From Bacteroidales bacterium (lineage in GTDB: Bacteria > Bacteroidota > Bacteroidia > Bacteroidales > UBA932), in NCBI GenBank assembly GCA_017443025.1, contig JAFSPG010000004.1:1030-65029 (forward strand): a stretch of DNA of 64,000 nucleotides, read 5' to 3'. A model generated the notes under the pieces. It had not been told where the DNA came from. It ran no database searches and was given only the letters and a program-made list of their open reading frames with translations. The position numbers and the translations under genes were made by a program. Positions within the stretch are counted from its first letter, which is position 1; every line of letters starts with the position of its first letter. This document shows, in pieces, positions 19,130-30,209 of this stretch.

Positions 19130-20054
19130 TGTTACCTCCTTTTTTAGCCCGTGGATGGGCGTTATTGTAAACTGTTTTCAGTTTCCCTATCGAGTTGTGC
19201 GTATAGACTTGGGTTGCTGCGAGCGAAGAATGTCCGAGTAACTCTTTTATGGCGTTCAGGTCGGAGCCTTTTTCGAGCAGTTCGGTGGCAAGGGTGTGCC
19301 TCAGAAGGTGAGGTGACTTGCGCCCGGCTATGCTGTCGACTTCTCCGAGTTCGGCCTTGACCATTCTTTCTACAGCCATAGGATACAGTTCCCTGCCCTT
19401 TTCACTCACAAGCAACGGCTCCGCGGCTGTACGCGACCGGCCCAATAAGGTTTCTGTCGATTGTAAATATAATAACAATTCTTCAGATAAAGAAGAAATC
19501 ATCGGAATTTCCCGCATTTTATTTCCTTTTCCCCTTACGTGAATCACATTCCGGGCAAAATCAACGGAGCCAATTCGCAAGGCGATAAGCTCGCTGCGGC
19601 GCATTCCGGTGGCGAACAGCAGCGATACAACCATCCTCGAAAGACGCTCCTTGTACTTTATATTGATGTCTTCCGTCTTCCAGGTAGTTTTGTCGAAATA
19701 CTCCTGCATCGATTTCTCTCGGTAAAACACCGGCAGGCGCTTTTCGACCTTCGGCCTTTTAACGAGCCTGGCCGGATTGCTTTCCAGCAGGCCTTCCTTG
19801 ACGAGGAAGGAGCAGAAGCCGCTGAGCACTGAAAGATGCTGGCCGGCGGTGCGGGCTCCGAGATTGCTGTCTTTTGTCAGGAAAACCTGATAATCCCTGA
19901 TGTCGCCGAGCGTCATGGCCTTTAGCGCATTTTCCGGCTCCACCTCGCAGAAAGCAAGATATCTGGCCAGGATATCGGAGTAGATTTCGACTGTCCTGGG
20001 AGAATACCTTCTCACGGAGGAAAGGTATTTCAGATATTTATCTACCGGATTCAT
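19119..20054 (-). CDS. xerC: Chromosomal tyrosine recombinase XerC
   Basis: TGMRRSEL, KGNKMR, PHLLRH, LLGHSSLAATQVYTH (R-K-H-R-H-Y residues intact). Confidence 0.85.
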   Translation of the reverse strand: MNPVDKYLKYLSSVRRYSPRTVEIYSDILARYLAFCEVEPENALKAMTLGDIRDYQVFLTKDSNLGARTAGQHLSVLSGFCSFLVKEGLLESNPARLVKRPKVEKRLPVFYREKSMQEYFDKTTWKTEDINIKYKERLSRMVVSLLFATGMRRSELIALRIGSVDFARNVIHVRGKGNKMREIPMISSLSEELLLYLQSTETLLGRSRTAAEPLLVSEKGRELYPMAVERMVKAELGEVDSIAGRKSPHLLRHTLATELLEKGSDLNAIKELLGHSSLAATQVYTHNSIGKLKTVYNNAHPRAKKGGNNGD

Positions 20055-21523
20055 TTTACAGGGGTAAGACCCATACTTTCGGCGGTGCGCCTCATATAGG
20101 CGTCGGCCTCCTCGAAATTATTGCCGATGATGCCGTCAAGCACGGCCTCCTTTACGGCCTCCTTGAGGACGCCGATGGCTTTTCCGGGTGGAATGCCGTA
20201 CACTTCCATTACATATTCGCCGGTAATGGGATTCTTCCAGTTGCGGATGGCATCCTTTTCTTCGACCTCCACAAGCTTTTGGCGCACTATCTCGAAGTTT
20301 CGCTTGATGCCGGCCACCTTTACGGGATTCTTGGAGGTGATGTCGGCCCCGCAGAGGGTCATGAGGTCGTCGATGTCGTCGCCGGCGTCGAAGAGAAGGC
20401 GGCGAATCGCGGAATCCGTAACTTCTTCATCCACGAGGGCCACCGGGCGGTGATGGAGCCCGACGAGTTTCTGCACATATTTCATCTTCTCGGTGAGAGG
20501 AAGCCTCAAGGCCGTGAAAATCTTGGGAACCATCCTGGCACCTATTACTTCGTGCCCGTGGAAGGTCCAGCCTGACGCTGCGTCCCAGCGCTTGCTGGCC
20601 GGCTTGCCTATATCGTGCAGCAGGGCGGCCCAGCGAAGCCAGAGATTCGGCTCTTTCCCGGCTGCCGCCTCAGCCTCGGACACGTGGTCGACCACCTGTA
20701 TCGTATGGCTGAAGTTATCCTTGTGGCCACGGCCATCGACGGTTTCTACGCCCTTCAGGCGATCGAGGGCCGGGAGTACGTATTCCAACAAACCCGTATC
20801 CTCCAGCAGCTGAAGACCGATGGAAGGCTTGGGAGTAAGAAGAATCTTATTGAGTTCCTCGGCTATGCGCTCGGCCGAAAGAATAGTCATTCGGTCGCGC
20901 ATCCTTGATATGGAATCAAGACATTCTGGGCTGATATGAAACAGGAGCTCCGGAGTTGAAAGCTTTGAAGCGAATCGGACGGCACGGAGCATCCTCAGAG
21001 GGTCGTCGCTGAAGGTGATGTCAGGATCAAGCGGGGTTCGGATGATGCCCTTGGCAAGGTCGGCTATGCCTCCGAAAGGGTCCACGAGGGCTCCGTAATC
21101 CTCCTTCTGGAGGCTGAAGGCCATGGCGTTGATGGTGAAGTCGCGGCGCTTCTGGTCGTCTTCGAGCGAGCCGTCCTCGACTATCGGCTTGCGGGAATTA
21201 TGCTGATACGACTCTCTTCTGGCCCCTACGAATTCTATTTCAGTACCACGGTAGTGCAACATTGCCGTGCCGAAGTTCTTGAAGCAGGCAACGGTGCAGG
21301 GATGGCCGCTTTCGGCCTCGATGGCCCCGGCTACGGCCTCGGCAAAGGCCGTCCCGCTGCCCTCGACTACGATATCGATGTCGTCGGTCTTACGGCCGAG
21401 GAAGCAGTCGCGCACGAATCCACCTATGACAAAGGCCCGGACGCCCTCCTTCGAGGCCACCCGGCTTACCAGTCCGAAAATCGGATGGGTAAGGAAGTGA
21501 TTGTCTATGCGCGCATTGCTCAT
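20051..21523 (-). CDS. cca: CCA tRNA nucleotidyltransferase / poly(A) polymerase family with HD domain
   Basis: GGFVRD..DIDIV, RRDFTINAM, DDPLRMLRAVRF, LHDIGKP. Confidence 0.88.
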   Translation of the reverse strand: MSNARIDNHFLTHPIFGLVSRVASKEGVRAFVIGGFVRDCFLGRKTDDIDIVVEGSGTAFAEAVAGAIEAESGHPCTVACFKNFGTAMLHYRGTEIEFVGARRESYQHNSRKPIVEDGSLEDDQKRRDFTINAMAFSLQKEDYGALVDPFGGIADLAKGIIRTPLDPDITFSDDPLRMLRAVRFASKLSTPELLFHISPECLDSISRMRDRMTILSAERIAEELNKILLTPKPSIGLQLLEDTGLLEYVLPALDRLKGVETVDGRGHKDNFSHTIQVVDHVSEAEAAAGKEPNLWLRWAALLHDIGKPASKRWDAASGWTFHGHEVIGARMVPKIFTALRLPLTEKMKYVQKLVGLHHRPVALVDEEVTDSAIRRLLFDAGDDIDDLMTLCGADITSKNPVKVAGIKRNFEIVRQKLVEVEEKDAIRNWKNPITGEYVMEVYGIPPGKAIGVLKEAVKEAVLDGIIGNNFEEADAYMRRTAESMGLTPVK

Positions 21524-21945
21524 TTTCCTGTCATCGTATCGTACCCCGGCAGGGCGCTTTCAGCGGCGAATACGCAGTCTTCGCGTCTGTGGAATATCAT
21601 AGTTTTATTGCCGTTCGTAAGAACCAGCCATTTGACATTGAGAACCGAATTGTAGCGCATCGCCTGCCGGGCGGTTTCTTCGGTCAAATCGACATCCGGG
21701 CGCTTGCACTCGACTGTCATTACAGGATGCAAAGCCCTGTCATACACCACGATGTCGGCCCTGTAGCGCTTCTTCTTCGCTCCGGCGAGCCCGCCGATTT
21801 CTTCACCAAAGGTGAAAGCGACTTCGCTGCGCATCAGGCTGAGGGGCACTCCAGCTTCGTCGCGGAGCACGCCGATAAACCACTGACGGACACTTTCTTC
21901 AGGGGTCAGTGCAACGTTCTTCCGGCGAAGAGGGTCCCAAATCAT
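21520..21945 (-). CDS. Stand-alone HsdR N-terminal-domain protein
   Basis: IWDPLRRK.VALTPEE.VRQ, RADIVVY..VECK (PD-(D/E)xK-like), QAMRYN. Confidence 0.8.
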   Translation of the reverse strand: MIWDPLRRKNVALTPEESVRQWFIGVLRDEAGVPLSLMRSEVAFTFGEEIGGLAGAKKKRYRADIVVYDRALHPVMTVECKRPDVDLTEETARQAMRYNSVLNVKWLVLTNGNKTMIFHRREDCVFAAESALPGYDTMTGK

Positions 21946-22027
21946 CGACCAATGTTTTTATTTTCAATAAAACTACGCAAATATACGCATTTATTTATTA
22001 TTTTTGCGCTCGAAATCAGATATCCCG

Positions 22028-23698
22028 ATGATACAAGTCTTCTGCAAAAACACAGGTACCTACAGGAAGTATCCCGAGGGTACCTCCCTTCTGCAAATGC
22101 TCCCCGATTTTGAGTTCAGCCAGCCCCATCCCATTGTATCGGCCAAGGTCAACAATGTCTCGCAAGGCCTGAAGTTCAAAGTCTACAAAAGCAAGGACAT
22201 TGAATTCGTAAGCATAGGAGAAGCCAGCGGAATGCGCGTTTACTGCCGTTCGCTGTGCTTTTTGCTTTATAAGGCCTCCTGCGACGTCTTCCCCGGCAGC
22301 AAGCTCTACATAGAGTATCCCATCTCGAACGGTTATTTCTGCCATCTACACAAGGAAGACGACTCCCCTCTCACAAAGGACGATATCGCCCTTCTCGAAA
22401 AGAAGATGAGGGAAATCGTCGAGGCCGACGTCCCCTTCCACCGCTATGACGTACAGACCGAAAAGGTCCTCAAGATTTTCCGCGACGAAGGTTACGAAGA
22501 CAAAGTCAAGCTCCTCGAGACCAACGAGGAAGTCTATATGGACTACTACAAGCTGGAGGATACCATCGACTATTATTACGGCCGTCTCGTTCCCTCCACC
22601 GGATATCTGAAAATCTGGGGCATAGAGCCTTTCCGCGACGGCATCCTTCTGCGTCTCCCCGACAAGAATGACCCCTCACGCCTCGCTCCCGAGAACGACC
22701 AGCCCAAGACCTTCGAAATGTTCAACGAGCATCTGCGCTGGAACATCATCATGGGACTCAATACCGTCGGAGACGTGAACCAGGCCCTGAAGGCCGGCCA
22801 CGGCAGCGAGCTGATTCAGGTAGCAGAGGCTCTTCAGGAAAAGAAAATCATCCAGATTGCCGAAGAAATCAACAAGCGCTACCGCAGCGACAACCCTGTG
22901 CGCCTCGTCCTTATTACTGGCCCGTCGAGCAGCGGCAAGACCACCTTCTGCAAGAAACTGAGCGTGCAGCTCAAGGCCTGCGGACTGAAGCCCATCTCGG
23001 TATCGACCGACGATTATTTCGTAAACCGCGTCGACACCCCCAAGTTCCCCGACGGCAGCTACGACTTCGATAATTTCGATACCGTCGACCACGACATGAT
23101 GGAGGCCGACCTCATTAAGGTCCTCTCCGGCGAGGAAGTATCCGTACCCGAATACAACTTCGTTACCGGTATGCGAGAGTTCAACGGAAAGACTTTGAAG
23201 ATGGAGCGCGGCAGCATCCTCCTCGTTGAAGGTATCCACGCCTTGAATCCCGCCCTGACCTCGCATATCGACGAGAGCAAGAAATACCGTATCTTCATCA
23301 ATACCCTTACGAATACATCCCTCGACTACCACAACTGGATTCCCACGAGCGACAACCGCCTGCTCAGGCGAATCATCAGGGATTACAACAAGGGTGCATA
23401 TACGCCCCGCGAGTCGATCAGCCAGTGGCCCAAGGTCTGCGAGGCGGAGGACAAGTGGATTTATCCTTTCCAGGAGATGGCGGACGCGATGTTCAACTCG
23501 GCTTACCTGCTGGAATTCGCAGTGCTTCGCAATCACGCCGAGCAGATTCTGGCCTGCGTGCCGAAGAACTGCGCGGAATACAGCGAGGCGCACCGTCTGC
23601 TGAAGTTCATCCACTACTTCACTCCTGTTTCCGACAAGGAAATCCCGCCCACCTCAATGCTCCGCGAATTCGTCGGCGGTTCAAGCTTTCATTACTAA
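22028..23698 (+). CDS. Nucleoside/uridine kinase with N-terminal TGS and ThrRS-like domains
   Basis: SAKVNN (TGS), DYYYGRLVPSTG, GPSSSGKTT, LLVEGIHALNP, DNRLLRRIIRD; start at ATG 22028. Confidence 0.85.
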   Translation: MIQVFCKNTGTYRKYPEGTSLLQMLPDFEFSQPHPIVSAKVNNVSQGLKFKVYKSKDIEFVSIGEASGMRVYCRSLCFLLYKASCDVFPGSKLYIEYPISNGYFCHLHKEDDSPLTKDDIALLEKKMREIVEADVPFHRYDVQTEKVLKIFRDEGYEDKVKLLETNEEVYMDYYKLEDTIDYYYGRLVPSTGYLKIWGIEPFRDGILLRLPDKNDPSRLAPENDQPKTFEMFNEHLRWNIIMGLNTVGDVNQALKAGHGSELIQVAEALQEKKIIQIAEEINKRYRSDNPVRLVLITGPSSSGKTTFCKKLSVQLKACGLKPISVSTDDYFVNRVDTPKFPDGSYDFDNFDTVDHDMMEADLIKVLSGEEVSVPEYNFVTGMREFNGKTLKMERGSILLVEGIHALNPALTSHIDESKKYRIFINTLTNTSLDYHNWIPTSDNRLLRRIIRDYNKGAYTPRESISQWPKVCEAEDKWIYPFQEMADAMFNSAYLLEFAVLRNHAEQILACVPKNCAEYSEAHRLLKFIHYFTPVSDKEIPPTSMLREFVGGSSFHY

Positions 23699-23713
23699 CC
23701 GTGGCCGGTTAGT
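23694..23713 (+). terminator. Hairpin overlapping the kinase stop codon (possible terminator)
   Basis: Perfect 8-bp stem ACTAACCG-TGGC-CGGTTAGT; T run 10 nt downstream. Confidence 0.45.
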
Positions 23714-23730
23714 ACCGAAAACTTTTTAAT

Positions 23731-23790
23731 ACCGGGAGAAGGGTCTCCCAGACCCACTCTGTCGGGCTTCGCCCTCCGGCGCACAGAATA
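23731..23790. repeat. GC-rich structured intergenic module (second type; single copy in window)
   Basis: GGGTCT-CCC-AGACCC hairpin, and a TCTGT/ACAGA stem enclosing GGGC-TTC-GCCC. Confidence 0.45.
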
Positions 23791-23810
23791 TGTTTTTTAC
23801 CGGATGGAAA

Positions 23811-24013
23811 AATAATAAGTTGGTCTCTTTTAAGACTGTGGTCGCCCGTGACCGCATGAACCGACGCATGAGTGAGTAAAGAGTGAACTTGTTTACTCTT
23901 TCGAGCGAAAAGGAGGAAAAGGTCAAAGACCTTAACATTCGGGAGGGGCCCAACTTTAGTTGGGAGGGATAGGACCGAAGGTCCGTAGTCTATAAAAGAG
24001 ACCAGCTATTATT
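23811..24013 (+). repeat. Structured dispersed element, copy 1 (long form, REP/REPIN/MITE-like)
   Basis: Core ACTGTGGTCGCCCGTGACCGCATGAA (23835-23860) ... GGGAGGGGCCC..TGGGAGGGATAGGACCGAAGGTCCGTAGT (23941-23989) recurs at 41755-41827; enclosed by its own inverted repeat. Confidence 0.85.
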
Positions 24014-24039
24014 TGTATTTATTTGATTTATAGAAACAT

Positions 24040-25712
<1,673 letters not shown>

Positions 25713-25716
<4 letters not shown>

Positions 25717-27077
25717 GCGCCCTGCGCGGCGGCGAGAATTACCTCGCCAAGCGTCGGGTGCGCGTGCACAATCGAGCTTAATTCTTCTGCGGTAGCGCCC
25801 TTGGACATAAGGGCGGCAACTTCCTGCACCAGATCGGCGCTGTGAGCTCCGAAGAGGTGGCAGCCCAGAATCTTTCCGGGAGTCTCGCTCCCCTCTCCGG
25901 CAACCACAAGCTTCACGAATCCCTCCGGCTCATCCATGCTCACGGCCTTGCCGTTGGCGCGGAAGAAAGATTTGAGGCACTTCACGGGAATGCCGGCCTC
26001 CTTGCACTCATCCTCTGAAAGCCCTACGGTAGCAGCCTCCGGAGCAGTAAACACGGCGGCCGGAACTACTCCGAGATTGACCAGCGAAGCCTCGCCGAGA
26101 ATGGCGGAGAGAGCTTTCTTCCCCTGGAAGACGGCCACGTGGGCCAGCATATAGCCTCCGGTGATGTCTCCGATGGCGAATATATGAGGCACGTTCGTGC
26201 GCATATCCTTATCGACCGCTATGCCCTTGGGAGTGAATTCAATGCCTGCATCGGCAAGATTGAGTGAATTCACAGCAGGACGGCGGCCAACTGCCATAAG
26301 CACTTTGTCGGCAAGGACTTCAGCTGACTGCTCCTTCTTAAGATAGCTGACCTTGTAGCCATCCGCCGTTTTCTCCACCGACTGCACCTGAGCTGAAGTT
26401 TCAATGGCAATTCCCCTCTTGGAAAGAGCTTGCTTGAGCCTTTTCGAGAGGTCGGTATCGAATCTCGGAAGAATCTCCTTGCAGAATTCCAGCACTGTAA
26501 CCTCCGAGCCGAAACTCTTGAAAATCGAGGCGAATTCAAGGCCGATTACCCCTGCCCCAATGACGCAGAGCCTTTGAGGCGCCGCCTCCAGTTCCAGAAT
26601 CTCCTTGGAAGTAAGGCAGAGTTCGGCACCTGGAATGGGAAGCACGGCCGATTGTGAACCGGTTGCTATGATGATATAATCTCCCGAGACTTCAGTTTCA
26701 GAACCATCTTCGAGCGCCACCTTTACGCTGCGAGAGTCCTTGAATGAAGCCCTGCCCCTGAGAAGGCTGATGTTCTTTCCCTTGAGCAGGAATTCAACGC
26801 CCTGGCGGAGCCCGTCAACGACCTCTTCCTTACGGGATACAACCTTTTTGAAATCAAGGTCATAGTTAAGGTTTTCCAAACCGAAGCTTGAAGCCTTGGA
26901 AAGGTCGTCTAGGAAGGCGGCGTTACGGCAGAAGCACTTGGTGGGAATGCAGCCTTCGTTAAGGCATGTACCCCCTACCGGGCCGTCGCTCACGATGGTC
27001 ACTTCAATGCCTCTTGAAGCCGCGGCCACGGCGGTCTCATATCCGCCGGGCCCGGCACCTATTATAATTATTCGCAT
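25713..27077 (-). CDS. lpdA: Dihydrolipoyl dehydrogenase (GCS L protein)
   Basis: [36 protein letters not shown]. Confidence 0.95.
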
Positions 27078-28489
27078 ATGGAATCCTGATATTTCAAAAT
27101 AGGATTACGTGCAGCCGTTGTTTCGTCGGGCCTGCGGATAGGAGTGCAGTGAGGAGCGTCGCGCAGAATCATAGGATTCTCGGCCGCCTCGGCTGCGATT
27201 TTCCGCATTACTTCAATGAAGTCGTCCAGAGTTTCCTTGGATTCCGTCTCGGTAGGCTCAATCATCAGGGCCTGATGGAAGAGCAGCGGGAAGTAAATCG
27301 TAGGAGCGTGGAAGCCGAAGTCCAGCAGGCGCTTGGCTACATCGAGGGTAGTTGCTCCGTGGCCGTCGGGGGCCTTGGAAGCTCCGTCGTCGATCAGACC
27401 GTCGTACACGAATTCGTGCTTGCAGACCGAAGGAATCGGGAGCTTATAGCAATCCTTGAGAGATTCCTTGATGTAATTGGCGCTCAGAGTGGCGTATTTT
27501 CCGGCGAGTTTCACATTCTCGCGGCCAAGCATGAGAATATATGCATAAGCCCTCAGGATAACCCCGAAATTGCCATTGAAGCCGGATACCTTGACATCAG
27601 GCAGGATATCTACGAGATGCTTTGCAACTCCAACCGGACCTGAACCGGGGCCTCCGCCTCCGTGAGGGGTAGAGAAGGTCTTGTGCAGGTTAAGGTGCAT
27701 CACGTCAAAGCCCATGTCGCCCGGGCGGACTACGCCAAGCAGAGGGTTCATATTGGCACCATCGTAATAAAGCAGGCCTCCGCACTCATGTACAAGGGCT
27801 GCTATCTCCTTGATATCCTTTTCAAAGAGGCCAAGGGTATTCGGGTTGGTCATCATTATGCCGGCCACCTCGGGGCCGAGAAGGGGCTTCAGTGCCTCTA
27901 CGTCCACCAGGCCATTGGCGTTGGACTTGACTTCCACCACCTCAAGGCCGCAGACGGCCGCGCTGGCAGGATTGGTGCCGTGGGCGCTGTCGGGAACGAT
28001 AATCTTCGTTCTGGCTGTATCTCCCCTCCTGCGATGATACTCGCGTATAATCATAAGGCCGGTCAGTTCGCCGTGGGCTCCCGCGCAGGGCATGAATGTA
28101 AATCCTGCCATCCCGGTAATGGCGGCAAGGGCTTTGTCCATCCCTTCGTAAACCGCCTTGGCGCCCGCTACGGTAGCTTCTGGCTGCAGGGGATGCAGGC
28201 CGTTGAAACCGGGCAGGGCGGCAATTTCCTCATTAATCTTGGGATTGTACTTCATAGTACAGCTGCCAAGGGGATAGAAACCGGTGTCCACGCCGAAGTT
28301 CATCTGCGAGAGATTGGTATAATGCCGTACGACGTCGATTTCGCTGACCTTGGGAAGTTCGGGGGCTGCCGGGCGGCGAAGTGCCTTGGGAAGTTCCTTG
28401 AGGCAATGGCCGAACTTGTTTTCCGGAAGTGAATATCCGCTGCGGCCCTCACGCGAGAGCTCGAATATCAGTTTGTCGTAGTATTTCAT
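27068..28489 (-). CDS. gcvPB: Glycine dehydrogenase subunit 2
   Basis: [42 protein letters not shown]. Confidence 0.95.
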   Translation of the reverse strand: MKYYDKLIFELSREGRSGYSLPENKFGHCLKELPKALRRPAAPELPKVSEIDVVRHYTNLSQMNFGVDTGFYPLGSCTMKYNPKINEEIAALPGFNGLHPLQPEATVAGAKAVYEGMDKALAAITGMAGFTFMPCAGAHGELTGLMIIREYHRRRGDTARTKIIVPDSAHGTNPASAAVCGLEVVEVKSNANGLVDVEALKPLLGPEVAGIMMTNPNTLGLFEKDIKEIAALVHECGGLLYYDGANMNPLLGVVRPGDMGFDVMHLNLHKTFSTPHGGGGPGSGPVGVAKHLVDILPDVKVSGFNGNFGVILRAYAYILMLGRENVKLAGKYATLSANYIKESLKDCYKLPIPSVCKHEFVYDGLIDDGASKAPDGHGATTLDVAKRLLDFGFHAPTIYFPLLFHQALMIEPTETESKETLDDFIEVMRKIAAEAAENPMILRDAPHCTPIRRPDETTAARNPILKYQDSICE

Positions 28490-29814
28490 TGCTCCACCTC
28501 CTTTACAAGTTCAACAAGGGCATCGATTTCTTCTTTGCCGTGTTTTTCAGTCACGCAGAAGCTGACATAGCCTTCTTCCGTCTGCAGGGCGGCGAAATAT
28601 CCTCCTTCCAGCAGCTTCTTCTGGAGTTTCTCCACGGGAACAAGAGGCTTCAGGACGAATTCCTTCAGGAAAGGAGCGTCGAATACCGGAGCGAATTTTC
28701 CGGTTTTGAGCAGCTCTTCGTAGAGATAATGCGCTCCGCTGAAGCTCAGGCAGTTGACCTTCTTGAGACCCTCTGCTCCCATCAGCGATGCATAGACCGT
28801 AACGAAGAGGGCCATCAGGCTCTCGTTCGAGCAGATGTTGGAGGTGGCTTTCTCGCGGCGGATATGCTGCTCGCGGGCCTGGAGTGTCAGGACGAAGCAG
28901 CGGCCTTCGGAGTCGGTTGTCTGGCCGACGATTCGGCCGGGCATCTTGCGCACATAGTCCTTGCGGCAGGCCATAAAGCCTACGTAAGGGCCGCCGAAGC
29001 AAAGCGGAATGCCGAGGGGCTGACCGTCGCCTACGGCGATGTCAAAGCCCCAGTCGGCCGGAGTCTTGATGACGGCGAGCGCGGAGGGGTCGCAGTATTC
29101 GACCACTACTCCGCCGGCCTCGTGGACAGCATCAGCAAAGCCGCTGTAATCTTCAATTATTCCGTAACGGTTGACGGCAGGGACTATGATACCGGCTACA
29201 TCACCTGCGGCAAGCTCCTTTTTAAGGCTTTCCAAGCTTGTGAGGCCTCCTTCAAGGTCTATGTAGTCGATTTGGTCGCCGTGGAACTTTGAATAGGTCT
29301 CGACTACCTTCTGGACGTTGGGCAGCAGGCCTTTCGAGAGCAGTACGCGGGTTTTCTTCTTGGTACAGGCGAGAATCATCCTGACTGCCTCTGCGGCGGC
29401 TGTAGGGCCGTCGTACATCGAGGCGTTGCTCACGTCCATTCCGGTTAGCGAGCAGATGACGCTCTGATACTCGAAGATATACCTCAGGGTACCCTGTGAA
29501 ATTTCGGCCTGATAAGGTGTGTAGGCGGTAAGGAATTCAGACCTCGAAGTAATGTAAGGAATGACCGAAGGCGTATAATGGTCGTAGGCTCCGGCCCCGA
29601 CAAACACCTTAAGCTTAGTATTCTTTGCTTCGAGGGCGCTGAAAAAGTCCCTGACCTGCTGCTCCGACATTGCCTCCGGAAGATTGTACTCGCCTTTGAA
29701 CACGAAGTCACGGGGCACATCTCCGTATAGCTCGTCGAGACTGCCGGCGCCAATGCGTTCCAGCATCAGGCGGATGTCTTCATCCGTGTGCGGGAAATAA
29801 GCAAATGTTCCCAT
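28486..29814 (-). CDS. gcvPA: Glycine dehydrogenase subunit 1
   Basis: [48 protein letters not shown]. Confidence 0.95.
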   Translation of the reverse strand: MGTFAYFPHTDEDIRLMLERIGAGSLDELYGDVPRDFVFKGEYNLPEAMSEQQVRDFFSALEAKNTKLKVFVGAGAYDHYTPSVIPYITSRSEFLTAYTPYQAEISQGTLRYIFEYQSVICSLTGMDVSNASMYDGPTAAAEAVRMILACTKKKTRVLLSKGLLPNVQKVVETYSKFHGDQIDYIDLEGGLTSLESLKKELAAGDVAGIIVPAVNRYGIIEDYSGFADAVHEAGGVVVEYCDPSALAVIKTPADWGFDIAVGDGQPLGIPLCFGGPYVGFMACRKDYVRKMPGRIVGQTTDSEGRCFVLTLQAREQHIRREKATSNICSNESLMALFVTVYASLMGAEGLKKVNCLSFSGAHYLYEELLKTGKFAPVFDAPFLKEFVLKPLVPVEKLQKKLLEGGYFAALQTEEGYVSFCVTEKHGKEEIDALVELVKEVEQ

Positions 29815-29823
29815 AGGGATTCT

Positions 29824-30201
29824 TTAGTCTGAAATTTTCTTATAGGCTTCTGCGTCGAGGAGGGCATCCAGTTCGGAAGGGTCACTCATTTCAACCTTGA
29901 TGATCCAGTTGGCGTATGCATCCTGGTTTACGAGCTCGGGCTCGTCTTCGAGGGCCTCGTTTACTTCCACTACCCTGCCGCTCACGGGAGCGATAAGGTC
30001 GCTGGCGGCTTTCACGCTCTCGAGGGCGCCGAAATCCTCGCCTGCGGTGACTTCGTCATCGACATCCGGCAAATCGACATAGGTGATGTTGCCCATTTCC
30101 TTCTGTGCGAAGTCGGATACACCCACGACGGCCAGGCCGCCTTCAACTTTTACCCATTCGTGTGACTCGCTATAGCGCAGTCCTTCAATTACTTTTGACA
30201 T
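29824..30201 (-). CDS. gcvH: Glycine cleavage H protein
   Basis: YSESHEWV, ESVK(lipoyl Lys)AASDL, VNQDAY; start at ATG 30201. Confidence 0.95.
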   Translation of the reverse strand: MSKVIEGLRYSESHEWVKVEGGLAVVGVSDFAQKEMGNITYVDLPDVDDEVTAGEDFGALESVKAASDLIAPVSGRVVEVNEALEDEPELVNQDAYANWIIKVEMSDPSELDALLDAEAYKKISD

Positions 30202-30209
30202 ATCTTTTA

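Noticed and set aside
19119-20054. Tyrosine recombinase as the integrase of a mobile element
   Set aside because: It has XerC size and motifs, is coupled to hpf and cca among housekeeping genes, and has no att repeats or cargo.
21520-21945. HsdR-N gene as a restriction-modification or defence system
   Set aside because: It is only the ~140-aa stand-alone domain common in Bacteroidetes core genomes; there is no hsdM, hsdS or helicase nearby.
23861-23910. Hammerhead ribozyme (ATGAGTGAG...GCGAAA) or integron attC reading of the repeat
   Set aside because: The CUGANGA core has the wrong spacing and stem II does not close onto GAAA; there are no RYYYAAC/GTTRRRY boxes and no integron integrase.
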